NCBI GenBank assembly: GCA_041690135.1
Contig: JAWLHY010000009.1
Coordinates: forward strand, 288,001-352,000
Origin: Armatimonadota bacterium
GTDB taxonomy: Bacteria; Armatimonadota; SYMT01
DNA length: 64,000 nt
Direction: 5' to 3'
The notes beneath the pieces were generated by a model. That model had not been told where the DNA came from. It saw nothing but the letters and a program-made list of their open reading frames with translations, and did no database searches. The position numbers and the translations under genes are program-made. Numbering within the stretch: position 1 is the first letter of the stretch; each line of letters begins with the position of its first letter. Positions 19,356 to 28,681 of this stretch are shown here, one piece after another.

Positions 19356-19761
19356 CCGTCCGTGGGGCGGAGGTGGCGACCAGAAGCTGCTCCACCTCCG
19401 CCGGCAACTCGGGGCGGCCGCGCTGGTTTAGCGCCGTGCCGATCACTTTCGCCCGGAGGACCGGTTTCTCGTCCGGAAGGCGCAAGATCTCCTGGTTGAA
19501 GCCGAACCGGAGACGCGAGATTCGCTCCGTCGTCAGCCGCACCTCGAACCGGTCGCCGCTGCGCAGCGGATAGAGGTAGTCCAGCTCGATCCGGACCACC
19601 ACCAGGTCCACCCCGCGCCGCGAGAGGTCCGCGAAGTCAAGGCCGTTCTGCTTCAGGAAAACGTGCCGGGTGTGCTCCAGGTAGTTCTGATAGACGGCGT
19701 TGTTCACGATCCCCTGCAGGTCGCACTCATAGTCGCGAACCTCGAACTCCAGCTTGAACAC
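19351..19761 (-). CDS. Acyl-CoA thioesterase (YbgC/4HBT hotdog family)
   Basis: VRDYECDLQGIVNNAVYQNYLEHTR motif. GTG start at 19761. Confidence 0.9.
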   Translation of the reverse strand: MFKLEFEVRDYECDLQGIVNNAVYQNYLEHTRHVFLKQNGLDFADLSRRGVDLVVVRIELDYLYPLRSGDRFEVRLTTERISRLRFGFNQEILRLPDEKPVLRAKVIGTALNQRGRPELPAEVEQLLVATSAPRTE

Positions 19762-20267
19762 GCTTGCGCTCCTATCATGCGAGGCGGTGGCTACTTCTCC
19801 AAGCCGAAGCCGAGCCTCTCTCCAGGGGAGTATATACCAGTCAGGCCTCCTCTGCTCCGGCAAGCTGTGCGGCGCCCGCACCCCGCCTGTAACTGTAAAT
19901 AACCTAATCATCACTGCGGGGAGGGGTAGAACCCAACTGCCTTCACAGACCACCACCGCCACATAGCCGAAGCACGGCCCTTCCGTGCCAGCACCTTATT
20001 ACCCGACGCGGCAGGCCCCCTGGTCGGGGAAGTTGTGATGGACGAGGACTCCTCATCCTTATCCTGGTCCTAATCCATCCGGGGCCCCCTGGTCAGGGGA
20101 GTGGCAATTACACGGACGTGGTAACCACATTCCACCCCGACCACATTCCCAACTACGAAGCCAAAACCCGTCAGAAGGAGTGCCGAACCTGCTCCTCCAA
20201 CTCAGTGGAGAACCTCCGGAACGCGAACCGTTGAGAGTGTCGAGTCTTGCGAGGGGAGAAAGCGGCA

Positions 20268-21620
20268 ATGCTCGGGAACAGCAGGGGTGTGAAGAAACTG
20301 GCAGCACTTACGCTCTTGGCGTCTACGGTCGCGGCGTGGGGTGCCTCGGAACCCATGCAGCCGGCGGATTTGAAGATTACAGGCGATTGGGAAATCACCG
20401 TTGCGGTTCCGGGCCGGAAAAGCGGCGAGGCGAAACTGCGGATCCCGCCTTCGGAGATGATCGCCGTCAACGGTGAAAAGTACGACGCACTGCCGCTCTT
20501 CAACCCGCGCGCCGGCGGCTGGATGCGGGGCGCCCGCCTGAAGCCGCTGATCGCCCAGGAGACCACGACGCCCTACCTTCTCGATCCGGCCAGCCTGACC
20601 GTGCGCGCGAGCGCCGAGGCGGCGGCGGAAACGTTCACGCGCGGCAAGGATTACGAGGCGGACCTCGATTGGGGGACCGTGGGCCGCCTGGCCAGTGGCC
20701 GGATCCGCGAGGGACAGCCGGTCTACATCAGCTACCGCTACGCACCACAGCGTCTCGACTCGATCGTGCTCACCCGGAGTGGGAAGATCGAGTTGCGCCG
20801 CGGGGAACCTCGTACATCCGCGGCCGCTCCCCCGGACTTGCCCGCAGGCGAACGGCGACTGGCGAATGTGTGGTTGCCCGGACGAGTGGCGAAATTGGCG
20901 CCGGAGCATCTGTTCCCGATCCTGGAGACGGAGTACCCGCGGTCCGCTCCCGCCGGTCCCTCCGTGGCCGAGAAGCTGCTGCCGAAGACGCTCAAGAAGC
21001 TCCGTTCCGGGGAGCCGCTGCGGATCCTGGCCTGGGGAGACAGCGTCACGGTGGGCACCTACGTTCCGGACCCGGAGCGCAACCGCTGGCAGGCGCAGTT
21101 CGTCGCCCGGCTCCGGGAGCGGTTCCCGAAGGCGAAGATCGAGCTGGTTACCGAAGCCTGGGGAGGCCGGAACACGGGGTCCTACCTGGCGGAGCCTCCC
21201 GGCAGCGAGCACAACTACCAGGAAAAGGTGCTTGCGGCGAAGCCGGACCTGGTCGTTTCCGAGTTCGTTAACGACGCCGGCCTGAACCCGTCGCAAGTCG
21301 AGGAGCGGTACGGCAAGCTGCTCCACGACTTTCGCGGGCTCGGGGCGGAGTGGATCATCCTCACACCGCACTACGTCCGACCGGACTGGATGGGCCTGAA
21401 CCGGGAGCGCGATATCGACCAGGACCCCCGCCCTTACGTCGCCGGTCTCCGCCAGTTCGCACCCAAGCATGGCGTGGCGCTCGCGGACGCCTCCCTCCGC
21501 TACGGCCGCCTCTGGCGCCAGGGCATTCCCTACACCACCCTGATGCTCAACTCGATCAACCACCCCGACGCCCGTGGAATGGCGATCTTCGCCGAATCGC
21601 TGATGGAACTGTTTCCCTGA
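20268..21620 (+). CDS. Secreted SGNH/GDSL hydrolase with N-terminal extra domain
   Basis: Signal peptide, WGDSVT (block I), WGG, EFVND, and INHP. Confidence 0.85.
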   Translation: MLGNSRGVKKLAALTLLASTVAAWGASEPMQPADLKITGDWEITVAVPGRKSGEAKLRIPPSEMIAVNGEKYDALPLFNPRAGGWMRGARLKPLIAQETTTPYLLDPASLTVRASAEAAAETFTRGKDYEADLDWGTVGRLASGRIREGQPVYISYRYAPQRLDSIVLTRSGKIELRRGEPRTSAAAPPDLPAGERRLANVWLPGRVAKLAPEHLFPILETEYPRSAPAGPSVAEKLLPKTLKKLRSGEPLRILAWGDSVTVGTYVPDPERNRWQAQFVARLRERFPKAKIELVTEAWGGRNTGSYLAEPPGSEHNYQEKVLAAKPDLVVSEFVNDAGLNPSQVEERYGKLLHDFRGLGAEWIILTPHYVRPDWMGLNRERDIDQDPRPYVAGLRQFAPKHGVALADASLRYGRLWRQGIPYTTLMLNSINHPDARGMAIFAESLMELFP

Positions 21621-21656
21621 AGTCTCCATCGTACAATAGTGAAGGGGGAGAACGCG

Positions 21657-21959
21657 ATGCCGCTTACTACTGACACCAATCTTTCGCCTCTAGGCGAGCA
21701 GGCAAGGAATATCTACGAGGCGAGGCTCAGATCTTTGTTAGAGCGGGATCATATGGGTCAGGCAGTTGCTATTCACGTAGACACGGGCGACTATGCGGTC
21801 GCTTCCAGCCACAGCGAGGCAGCCGGTTTATTGCTTACCCGCCACGAGCGAGACGGGCGAATTGTGACCTTGACAATCGGTCCACCAACTGATACTGACC
21901 TTCGACTTGCAGCACGGATCGCCGCTAGCCAGAAAATGCTGATTGAGTTTCCCGGCTAG
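21657..21959 (+). CDS. Small hypothetical protein (DUF5678-like)
   Basis: IYExxLRxxLExxHxGxxVAIHVDTGDY pattern, GGAG upstream, lower-GC codon usage. Confidence 0.6.
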   Translation: MPLTTDTNLSPLGEQARNIYEARLRSLLERDHMGQAVAIHVDTGDYAVASSHSEAAGLLLTRHERDGRIVTLTIGPPTDTDLRLAARIAASQKMLIEFPG

Positions 21960-21971
21960 GTAGGTTTGCCC

Positions 21972-23528
21972 TCAAGCGAGGATCCCATTTACGACCTTTC
22001 CCTCGTTGGTGGGGCCGATGAGGCGGTTGTTGAGGCCCTGGTAGGTGTAGTGGAAGCGGTAGGGGTCGAGGCCGAGCCGGTTCAGGATCGTCGCCTGGAG
22101 GTCCCGGACGGTGACCTTGTCCTTCACGATGTAGTAGCCGAGCTCATCCGTTTCCCCAAAGGCCAGGCCCGACTTGATCCCGCCCCCGGCCATCCACATG
22201 GTGAAGGCGAAGGGATGATGGTCGCGGCCGATGAAGCCCTTCGCCCGCTCCGTGCGGACGTTGTTCTGCATCATGGGGGTGCGACCGAACTCGCCGCCCC
22301 ACACCACCAGGGTGCTGTCGAGCAGGCCCCGCTGCTTCAGGTCGGCCAGGAGGCCCGCCACGGCGCGGTCGATCTGCCGGCACTTGATAGGGAGCGTCTC
22401 GTCGATCGACTCACCCGGTGAGCTGCCGTGGTGGTCCCAGCCCCAGTCGTAGAGCTGGACGAAGCGGACGCCGCGCTCCACGAGCCGCCGGGCCAGGAGG
22501 CAGTTGTTGGCGAAGGTGGCGTCTTCCCCCTTGTAGTCGGCGCGGGGGTCGTCCTTCCCTTCGATGTTGGAGACGTGGCCCGGCTTAGCACCGTACAGGT
22601 CGAGGACGTGCCGCGGCTCCTTCGAGATGTCCATCACGTCCGGGACGGAGACCTGCATCCGGAACGCCAGCTCGTACTGTTCGATGCGCGTGAGCGTCTC
22701 GGCATCGCCGACTTTCTTGAGCTGGTACTCGTTCAGGTCCTTCAGCGCGTCCAGGGTCTTGCGTCGGAGGTTGCGGTCGATCCCCGCCGGGTTGGAGAGG
22801 AACAGCACCGGGTCGCCGCCGTCCGTGCGGCACTGCACGCCCTGGTACACGGTCGGCAGGAAGCCGCTGCCCCACACGCTCTTGCCGGCGTCCGGCGACT
22901 TCCCACCGGAGGTGAGCACCACGAAGCCGGGGAGATCCTGGTTGACGCTACCGAGACCATAGGTGGCCCAGGCCCCCATGCTGGGATAGCCGAAACGGGG
23001 CTGCCCGGTGTGGAGATAGAGTTGCGCCGGCGCGTGGTTGAACTGGTCGGTCGTCATGGAGCGGATGACGCAGAGGTCATCCGCCTTTGCCGCTAGATGG
23101 GGCAGCAGCTCGCTGACCCACTGGCCGCTCTGGCCGTGCTGTTTGAACTTGAACACCGGCCCGAGCATCTTGGGGACGCCCTTGATGAACGCGAACCGCT
23201 TCCCCTTGAGGAACTCCTCCGGGCAGTCCTGGCCATCATACTTGATCAACTCGGGCTTGTGCTCGAACAACTCCAACTGGGAAGGCGATCCCGCCATGTG
23301 AAGGTAGATGACCGCCTTGGCCTGGGGCGGAAGCATCGGCGCCCGGGGGCTGAGTGGGCCCGGCTTCGGCGCCCCGGCCGGTGATCCGGCGGCCGGCGCG
23401 GCGTTGCCGTCGCTCTGGAGCAGGGTGCTGAGGGCCATGTTGCCCACCCCAAGCCCGATGCCGCCGAAGAACTGGCGGCGGGTCACTGCCTGGGCCTGAA
23501 GTAATCGGAGTTCGTCTTGGGGATTCAT
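21972..23528 (-). CDS. DUF1501 protein (Tat-exported, sulfatase-like fold)
   Basis: TRRQFF, AKAVIYLHMAGSPSQLE, PSMGAW, CLLARRLVERGVRFVQL, WDHH, and WGGEFGRTP. Confidence 0.92.
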   Translation of the reverse strand: MNPQDELRLLQAQAVTRRQFFGGIGLGVGNMALSTLLQSDGNAAPAAGSPAGAPKPGPLSPRAPMLPPQAKAVIYLHMAGSPSQLELFEHKPELIKYDGQDCPEEFLKGKRFAFIKGVPKMLGPVFKFKQHGQSGQWVSELLPHLAAKADDLCVIRSMTTDQFNHAPAQLYLHTGQPRFGYPSMGAWATYGLGSVNQDLPGFVVLTSGGKSPDAGKSVWGSGFLPTVYQGVQCRTDGGDPVLFLSNPAGIDRNLRRKTLDALKDLNEYQLKKVGDAETLTRIEQYELAFRMQVSVPDVMDISKEPRHVLDLYGAKPGHVSNIEGKDDPRADYKGEDATFANNCLLARRLVERGVRFVQLYDWGWDHHGSSPGESIDETLPIKCRQIDRAVAGLLADLKQRGLLDSTLVVWGGEFGRTPMMQNNVRTERAKGFIGRDHHPFAFTMWMAGGGIKSGLAFGETDELGYYIVKDKVTVRDLQATILNRLGLDPYRFHYTYQGLNNRLIGPTNEGKVVNGILA

Positions 23529-26500
23529 GGCTTCGTCACTGCCTCGTCCAGGTTCAGGAGCACGTTGGCGACCACGAGGTAGGCCGCCTGCGTGATGGGA
23601 TCGTCGGCCTTCAGCGTGGGCGCGTTTGCGGTGGTCAGGAGGGCCTTTGCGGCCTCCGGATTGGCGCGGAAGTCCGCCAGCGTGGCTTCGAAGAGTCGCT
23701 CCAGGCGGTCGAGCTCCGGCGCGGCGGGCTTCCGCGCGAGGGTGCGGTAAAAGCCGGCAGAGAGCCGCTCGCGTGCCTTCGTGGCCTTCTGTTCCAGCAT
23801 CACCCGCCCCAGCGCTCCGGCCGCTTCCACGAAAGCGGGGTCGTTCAGGGTCACCAGCGCCTGGAGAGGCGTGTTTGTCCGGATGCGCCGTACCACACAG
23901 AACTCTCCGGAGCCCGCGTCGAAGGTCGTTAGCGACGGATAGGGGCTCGTGCGCCGCCAGAAGGTGTAAAGGGACCGCCGATAACGATCTTCACCCTCGC
24001 TGGTTTTCCACTTCAATCCGCTGTAAACGGTTTTCCAGATGCCGTACGGTTGCGGCGGCATCACCGAGGGTCCGTGCGTTTTCGCGGAGAGCAGCCCCGA
24101 TACCGCCAGCGCCTGGTCGCGGATCACCTCCGCGGGCAGGCGGAAGCGCGGTCCCCGGCTGAGGAGCGTATTTGCGGGATCGATTCTCGCCTTTTCGGGC
24201 GTGACCTGCCCCGCTTGCCGGTAGGTCGCGGACATGACGATCAGCTTGAGCAGCTTCTTGGTGCTCCAACCTAGGCCTTCGGCGGGTGTGGGGACTGGGG
24301 ACTGGGGGCTGGGGGCAGCGTATCGCGTAGTGCGCAATGCCTTGCCGGCGTAATGCGTAGTGCGTATTGCATTGCCGGCGTAATTCGTATTGCGTATTGC
24401 GTAATCCGAACCCCGGGAACCAGAAGCTGCAGTGGTGCGCGAGGGTCGGGTCTCCCTTGCCCTCACCTGCCGCTTGCGGGTACCCGGTCCGCTCCCCTGC
24501 GTACTGGTGACCGCTGCGGGTGTGGAGTACATGGAAGCCAGAAAATCCAGCAGGTCCGGGTGCGAGGGCAGGGTGCCCTGGGTGCCGAAGTCTTCTTCCG
24601 TCTCTACCAGGCCGGTGCCGAAGAGACGGGCCCAGATGCGGTTGACGGCGACCCGGGCGGTCAGCGGGTTCTCCGGCGATACCAGCCACTGCGCCGCGCC
24701 GAGGCGGTTCAGGGGGGCGCCGGCGGGCAAGGCGCCGAAGGCGGCAGGGAAGCCCGGAGTGACTTCTTCGCCCGGGTCCAGGAAGTTGCCGCGCTGGTGG
24801 ATCTGGGTGAGGCGCTGCTTATCCTTCGGCAGGTCCCGCATCACGGGAGTCTTGGGGACTGCAGCCTCCAGGGCCGCCCGCTCCTTTTCCGTGGCGGTGA
24901 TCTGTCGATAGATGCCGGCCGTGGGCTCGTGGCTCTGTCGGAAGGCCTCGTCCAACCGCTTTTGCACCTCCTCGGAGCGTTCGGCACGGGGGATCCGGGC
25001 CAGGTCCGAATGCGGCTTCAACTCAGCCTTGAGCAGTTCCGGCTCCGCGGCGCTGATGGACAGGCGGAAGCAGCCATGCTGGAGGTTCGGATAGTTCTGC
25101 TGAATCTTGACCACCAGGCGCCCACCGTCGGGCACGGACAGCGGTGTTTTCAGATCGAACACGGCCACGTGCGCCTGCGCATTCTGCGGCGACCACGCCC
25201 ACCCGGTGGCGGGATTGCCGTCGATCGCGCCGCCTACGGGCCAGCCCTGCTGCTCGAAATCGGCGCGGGCATTGACCAGGGCGACGGGCCGGCGCTCTTT
25301 GCCATCCTCGGAGACGAGTTCCGCCGTGATCTCGGAGGTCACCACATTCTGGTCGCTGCCGTGTCGTCCCGGCCCACCGCTGGGGAGGGAGGGGTCCTTC
25401 AGGGCTTCCAACCGGAGGGAACGGACCGTTACGCTCGGAAGCGGAAACGTGAGCGTGTAGGTAGACTTCTCCGCTTTCGGACCGCCCACCACAAGGGCGC
25501 CGTCCGGCCGCGCGTGGAAGGTGGCGCCGGAGCTGCTCTCCGCCCGTTCCTGCCGCAGCGGCGTCCAGAGGGATTTCGCGGCGAGCTCCTTTTCCCATGT
25601 CAGTTGCCGCGCTTCCAAGTCGGGTGCGTCCTGGGCGAACGCCGCGCGCAGCGTCCGGATCTTTTCATCCAGCTCGGCGCGCCGCTTCATCTGCTCAGGC
25701 GTCGGCATGGGTACGGTAGGCGCTTCGTCGAAGCGGTTGGCATCTTCCGACTGGTTGAACAGAGCGTAGAACCGGTAGTACTCGCGATGGGTGATTGGGT
25801 CGTACTTGTGCGTGTGGCACTTGGCGCAGCCCATGGTGAGGCCCATCCACACCTGAACCGTGGTATCGACCCGGTCCTTCACGGCCGCAATCCGGAATTC
25901 TTCGCGGTCCACACCTCCCTCGGTGTTGGTCATCGTGTTCCGGTGGAACGCGGTGGCGAGGAGCTGCGAAGGAGTGGGATTGGGGAGCAGGTCGCCGGCG
26001 AGTTGCTCCACGGTGAACCGGTCGTAGGGCATGTCCGCGTTGAAGGCGTCGATGACCCAGTCCCGGTAGCGCCAGATGGTCCGCTGACCATCCTTCTCGT
26101 ACCCCTGTGTGTCCGCGTAGCGGGCCAGGTCCAGCCACATCCGCGCCCAGTGCTCCCCATAGCGGGGCGAGGCCAGCAGGCGGTCCACCACCTTCTCGTA
26201 GGCATTCGGGCTGCGGTCATTGATGAAGGCTTCCACCTCCGCCGGGGTGGGAGGGAGTCCCGTGAGATCGAGCGAGACGCGGCGGATGAGCGCGGAACGG
26301 TCTGCTTCTGTTTCCGGCTTCAGGCGCGCCTTCTCCAGCCGCGCGAGGACGAACGGATCGATCGGGTTGCGGCTCCACTCGCGGTTCTTCACCTTTGGCG
26401 GCGTGGGGCGGCGGAGTGGGGCGAACGACCAGTGGACGGCGTACGGTGCGCCCTGTTTCACCCAGGCGGTCAGCAGTTTCTTTTGCTGAGGCGTCAGTTG

Positions 26501-26863
26501 GTGGCCGCTGGACGCGGGCGGCATCAGCAGGTTCGGATCCGAAGTGTTGATCCGCGCGACCAGCGTGCTCTTCTCGGGCTTGCCGGGATCGATGGCCCGG
26601 CTGCCGTTCCGGAGTGCGACGGCCCCCTCCCGGGTGTCGAGCCGGAGCCCGGCCTGGCGGGAGTCGGGGTCCTGACCGTGACACGCGAAGCAGTTAGAAG
26701 CCAGGATCGGCCGGATGTCCCGGTTGTAGTCCACGGTCTCTGCCGAAAGTGATGGCTTCGGCGCTCCGGCCTGGGCGGCATTCAGCGCAAGAAGACCGAG
26801 GCCCGGAAGGGCTCCCAGGAGAATGGCTCGGACGGCGCCATGGCTGCGTCGGTGTCTGGTCAT
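23525..26863 (-). CDS. Planctomycete cytochrome c / DUF1549 (PSCyt2) / DUF1553 (PSD1) protein, copy 1
   Basis: YNRDIRPILASNCFACHG, WLDLARYADT, CAKCHTHKYDP, NPLTARVAVNR, and TNTPLQAL. Overlaps the DUF1501 start by 4 nt. Confidence 0.92.
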   Translation of the reverse strand: MTRHRRSHGAVRAILLGALPGLGLLALNAAQAGAPKPSLSAETVDYNRDIRPILASNCFACHGQDPDSRQAGLRLDTREGAVALRNGSRAIDPGKPEKSTLVARINTSDPNLLMPPASSGHQLTPQQKKLLTAWVKQGAPYAVHWSFAPLRRPTPPKVKNREWSRNPIDPFVLARLEKARLKPETEADRSALIRRVSLDLTGLPPTPAEVEAFINDRSPNAYEKVVDRLLASPRYGEHWARMWLDLARYADTQGYEKDGQRTIWRYRDWVIDAFNADMPYDRFTVEQLAGDLLPNPTPSQLLATAFHRNTMTNTEGGVDREEFRIAAVKDRVDTTVQVWMGLTMGCAKCHTHKYDPITHREYYRFYALFNQSEDANRFDEAPTVPMPTPEQMKRRAELDEKIRTLRAAFAQDAPDLEARQLTWEKELAAKSLWTPLRQERAESSSGATFHARPDGALVVGGPKAEKSTYTLTFPLPSVTVRSLRLEALKDPSLPSGGPGRHGSDQNVVTSEITAELVSEDGKERRPVALVNARADFEQQGWPVGGAIDGNPATGWAWSPQNAQAHVAVFDLKTPLSVPDGGRLVVKIQQNYPNLQHGCFRLSISAAEPELLKAELKPHSDLARIPRAERSEEVQKRLDEAFRQSHEPTAGIYRQITATEKERAALEAAVPKTPVMRDLPKDKQRLTQIHQRGNFLDPGEEVTPGFPAAFGALPAGAPLNRLGAAQWLVSPENPLTARVAVNRIWARLFGTGLVETEEDFGTQGTLPSHPDLLDFLASMYSTPAAVTSTQGSGPGTRKRQVRARETRPSRTTAASGSRGSDYAIRNTNYAGNAIRTTHYAGKALRTTRYAAPSPQSPVPTPAEGLGWSTKKLLKLIVMSATYRQAGQVTPEKARIDPANTLLSRGPRFRLPAEVIRDQALAVSGLLSAKTHGPSVMPPQPYGIWKTVYSGLKWKTSEGEDRYRRSLYTFWRRTSPYPSLTTFDAGSGEFCVVRRIRTNTPLQALVTLNDPAFVEAAGALGRVMLEQKATKARERLSAGFYRTLARKPAAPELDRLERLFEATLADFRANPEAAKALLTTANAPTLKADDPITQAAYLVVANVLLNLDEAVTKP
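24272..24526 (-). repeat. In-frame heptamer-repeat insert in the DUF1553 domain (85-codon loop)
   Basis: NTACGCA heptamers arranged in 30-bp units, followed by CCCAG(T/C)C heptamers. Confidence 0.75.
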
Positions 26864-26981
26864 CGGAATTGCAATCGGAGTGCCCGCGGCATGCCTCGGG
26901 GCGGTGGACAGGTAGCACGCTTGCGGATAGTGGGAGCTACTGGATCATATCCGCTTAAGGATTGCCAACAAACTGGCGCTA

Positions 26982-27035
26982 CGGCTGGGCGAGTGAACTC
27001 ACGTCTACAAAAGGCCAAGCCGGCCTCCGCAGGCT
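26982..27035 (+). repeat. REP-like element, family A copy 3
   Basis: CGGCTGGGCGAGTGAACTCACGTCTACAAAAGGCCAAGCCGGCCTCCGCAGGCT. Confidence 0.75.
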
Positions 27036-27212
27036 AACCCGAACGAAACGATCAATTACTGACGGATCCTTAGTTCACCTTCTGGGCAAAGATTCCCCGC
27101 CTGAAGGCTTTGCAATTGTGAGGCGGAGACGTGCTGGCCCAGCCCCTCGGAGCGTGAAGTCGGCGGGTCCCGTAGAACCTCCATTCGCGGGATCGCGCGG
27201 GAAAGACTGCCC

Positions 27213-28259
27213 CTACTTCTGAGGCCAGTTCCGGGGAAGCTGCAGAGACCAGACGTCGTTCACCAGGGGCGAAACGTTTCCGGCGGTCACCCAGAGGCGA
27301 TCCTTCCAGACGTAGGTGGAGTGCTCGTGGCGGACGGACCATACGTCCTTCGTCACAAGCCGCTCCCACTGTTCACCGTCCGCCGAGTGCCAGACGTCGT
27401 TCCAGTTCCGGAACGGGTGGTTGGACCAGCCTCCCAGCAGCCACATCCGGTTGCGGTAGACGGCGGCCGAGAACCAGATCCGCGGCTCCCACGGCGCGTG
27501 GGCGCGGACCTGGGTCCAGTTCACCCCATCCCGTGAGCGCCATACGTCGTTGAACGCCGCGTACTTTGGGACGTAGTTCCCCCCGCCGAACACCCACAGG
27601 TAGCCGTTATGGGCGAGGGCTCCGTGATAGGCCCGGGGCGCCCAGGGTGCATTGGCCGTAACCCGCTGCCAGGTCTTACCGTCGCCGGAGGACCAGACGT
27701 CGTTCTTGAGGTGGCGCTCGGTGCCGTCGTAGTAGCGCTCCACCCCGCCCAGGACCCACATCTTGCCCCGGAATACCACGCCCGCCGCGCCCAGCCGGGG
27801 GCTCCAGCCTGCGGCCGGGGTTATCTGTTCCCACCGCTCACCGTCGCGCGAGGCCCACACCTCATTGCCGGCCGAGGCGTCCGGAAGCCGTCCGTTGTGC
27901 CAGCCGCCCATCATCCACATCCGGTTCTTGAAGACCAGCGAGGTCGGCAGGTCGGAGTGCTTCCAGGGCGCCTTCGCGGTGACGAGATCCCACTTCGCCC
28001 CATCGGCCGAGTTCCAGACGTCGCGGGGCGGCTCGCTGAAGGAGTCGAACCAACCGCCCAGGATCCAGAGCCGGTTCTTGAAGACCACCTCTCCGGATGA
28101 ATCGCGGGGTTTCCAGGCCGCGTGTTCAGTGACCCGCACCCAGTTCGGCACGGCGTCCGTCGATTCCGGCTTTGCGGAAGCGGGCGGGGTGTCCGGGATC
28201 ATCGGGAGGGAGAGCAGGATGAGCGGCAGGACCAGAATCGGACGAGGCAGAGAAGGCAT
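27213..28259 (-). CDS. Secreted Kelch-repeat beta-propeller protein
   Basis: Six repeats of W-x-x-V-x-x-x-APW-x-PR...V(F/Y)-x-x-RMW-x-x-GG...NDVW-x-S-x-DG, with a signal-like N-terminus. Confidence 0.85.
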   Translation of the reverse strand: MPSLPRPILVLPLILLSLPMIPDTPPASAKPESTDAVPNWVRVTEHAAWKPRDSSGEVVFKNRLWILGGWFDSFSEPPRDVWNSADGAKWDLVTAKAPWKHSDLPTSLVFKNRMWMMGGWHNGRLPDASAGNEVWASRDGERWEQITPAAGWSPRLGAAGVVFRGKMWVLGGVERYYDGTERHLKNDVWSSGDGKTWQRVTANAPWAPRAYHGALAHNGYLWVFGGGNYVPKYAAFNDVWRSRDGVNWTQVRAHAPWEPRIWFSAAVYRNRMWLLGGWSNHPFRNWNDVWHSADGEQWERLVTKDVWSVRHEHSTYVWKDRLWVTAGNVSPLVNDVWSLQLPRNWPQK

Positions 28260-28582
28260 GGAGCTTCCTTTCAACCCCTCGTTGAGCGGTGGTCGCCGGC
28301 TCTCCTCCGCAAGCCCCACGATTGTAGCCGCACCTGCGACCAGGCGACCAACGGTATTACCTGGCGGTCGCTGGTTCTAGCCGCTGGCCTCCGATGGTGT
28401 TTACTTACTGGCTGTCGCGGTCCGCGCAGGATCAGCGTACCAAACGCTTAGGGTGTTAACTCCTCGAATTTCCCATCCAGTTTGCCCGCATCCTCAAGCC
28501 TCTATAAGTAGTCCCCACAGGCTTGCCAATCCCGCTACAGTCACCCTTCGGCTCCCGCGGAAGCCCGCTCCAGAAAATGCCA

Positions 28583-28667
28583 ACCCGTAGCCGCAACGAG
28601 CACAGAGGTTCCCAACCCCTGACCCACGAGGGGGCTTCAACCTTCCAACTTTCCAACCTTCCAACCC
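28583..28667 (-). repeat. Dispersed element, family B copy 1 (3' of rnhC)
   Basis: Shares ACCCGTAGC...CAACCCCTG-CCC-CGAGGGGGCTTCAAC and CAACC/TTT tandem units with the reverse complement of 32851-32930. Confidence 0.65.
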
Positions 28668-28681
28668 TGATCCCTAGATGG

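Noticed and set aside
20014-20100. Mini CRISPR array (two repeats 69 bp apart)
   Set aside because: Only two short imperfect copies, a low-complexity spacer, and no cas genes.
24272-24526. DUF1553 inserts as inteins or introns
   Set aside because: Too short, low-complexity, with no C-terminal HN followed by C/S/T and no recognisable group I/II intron structure.
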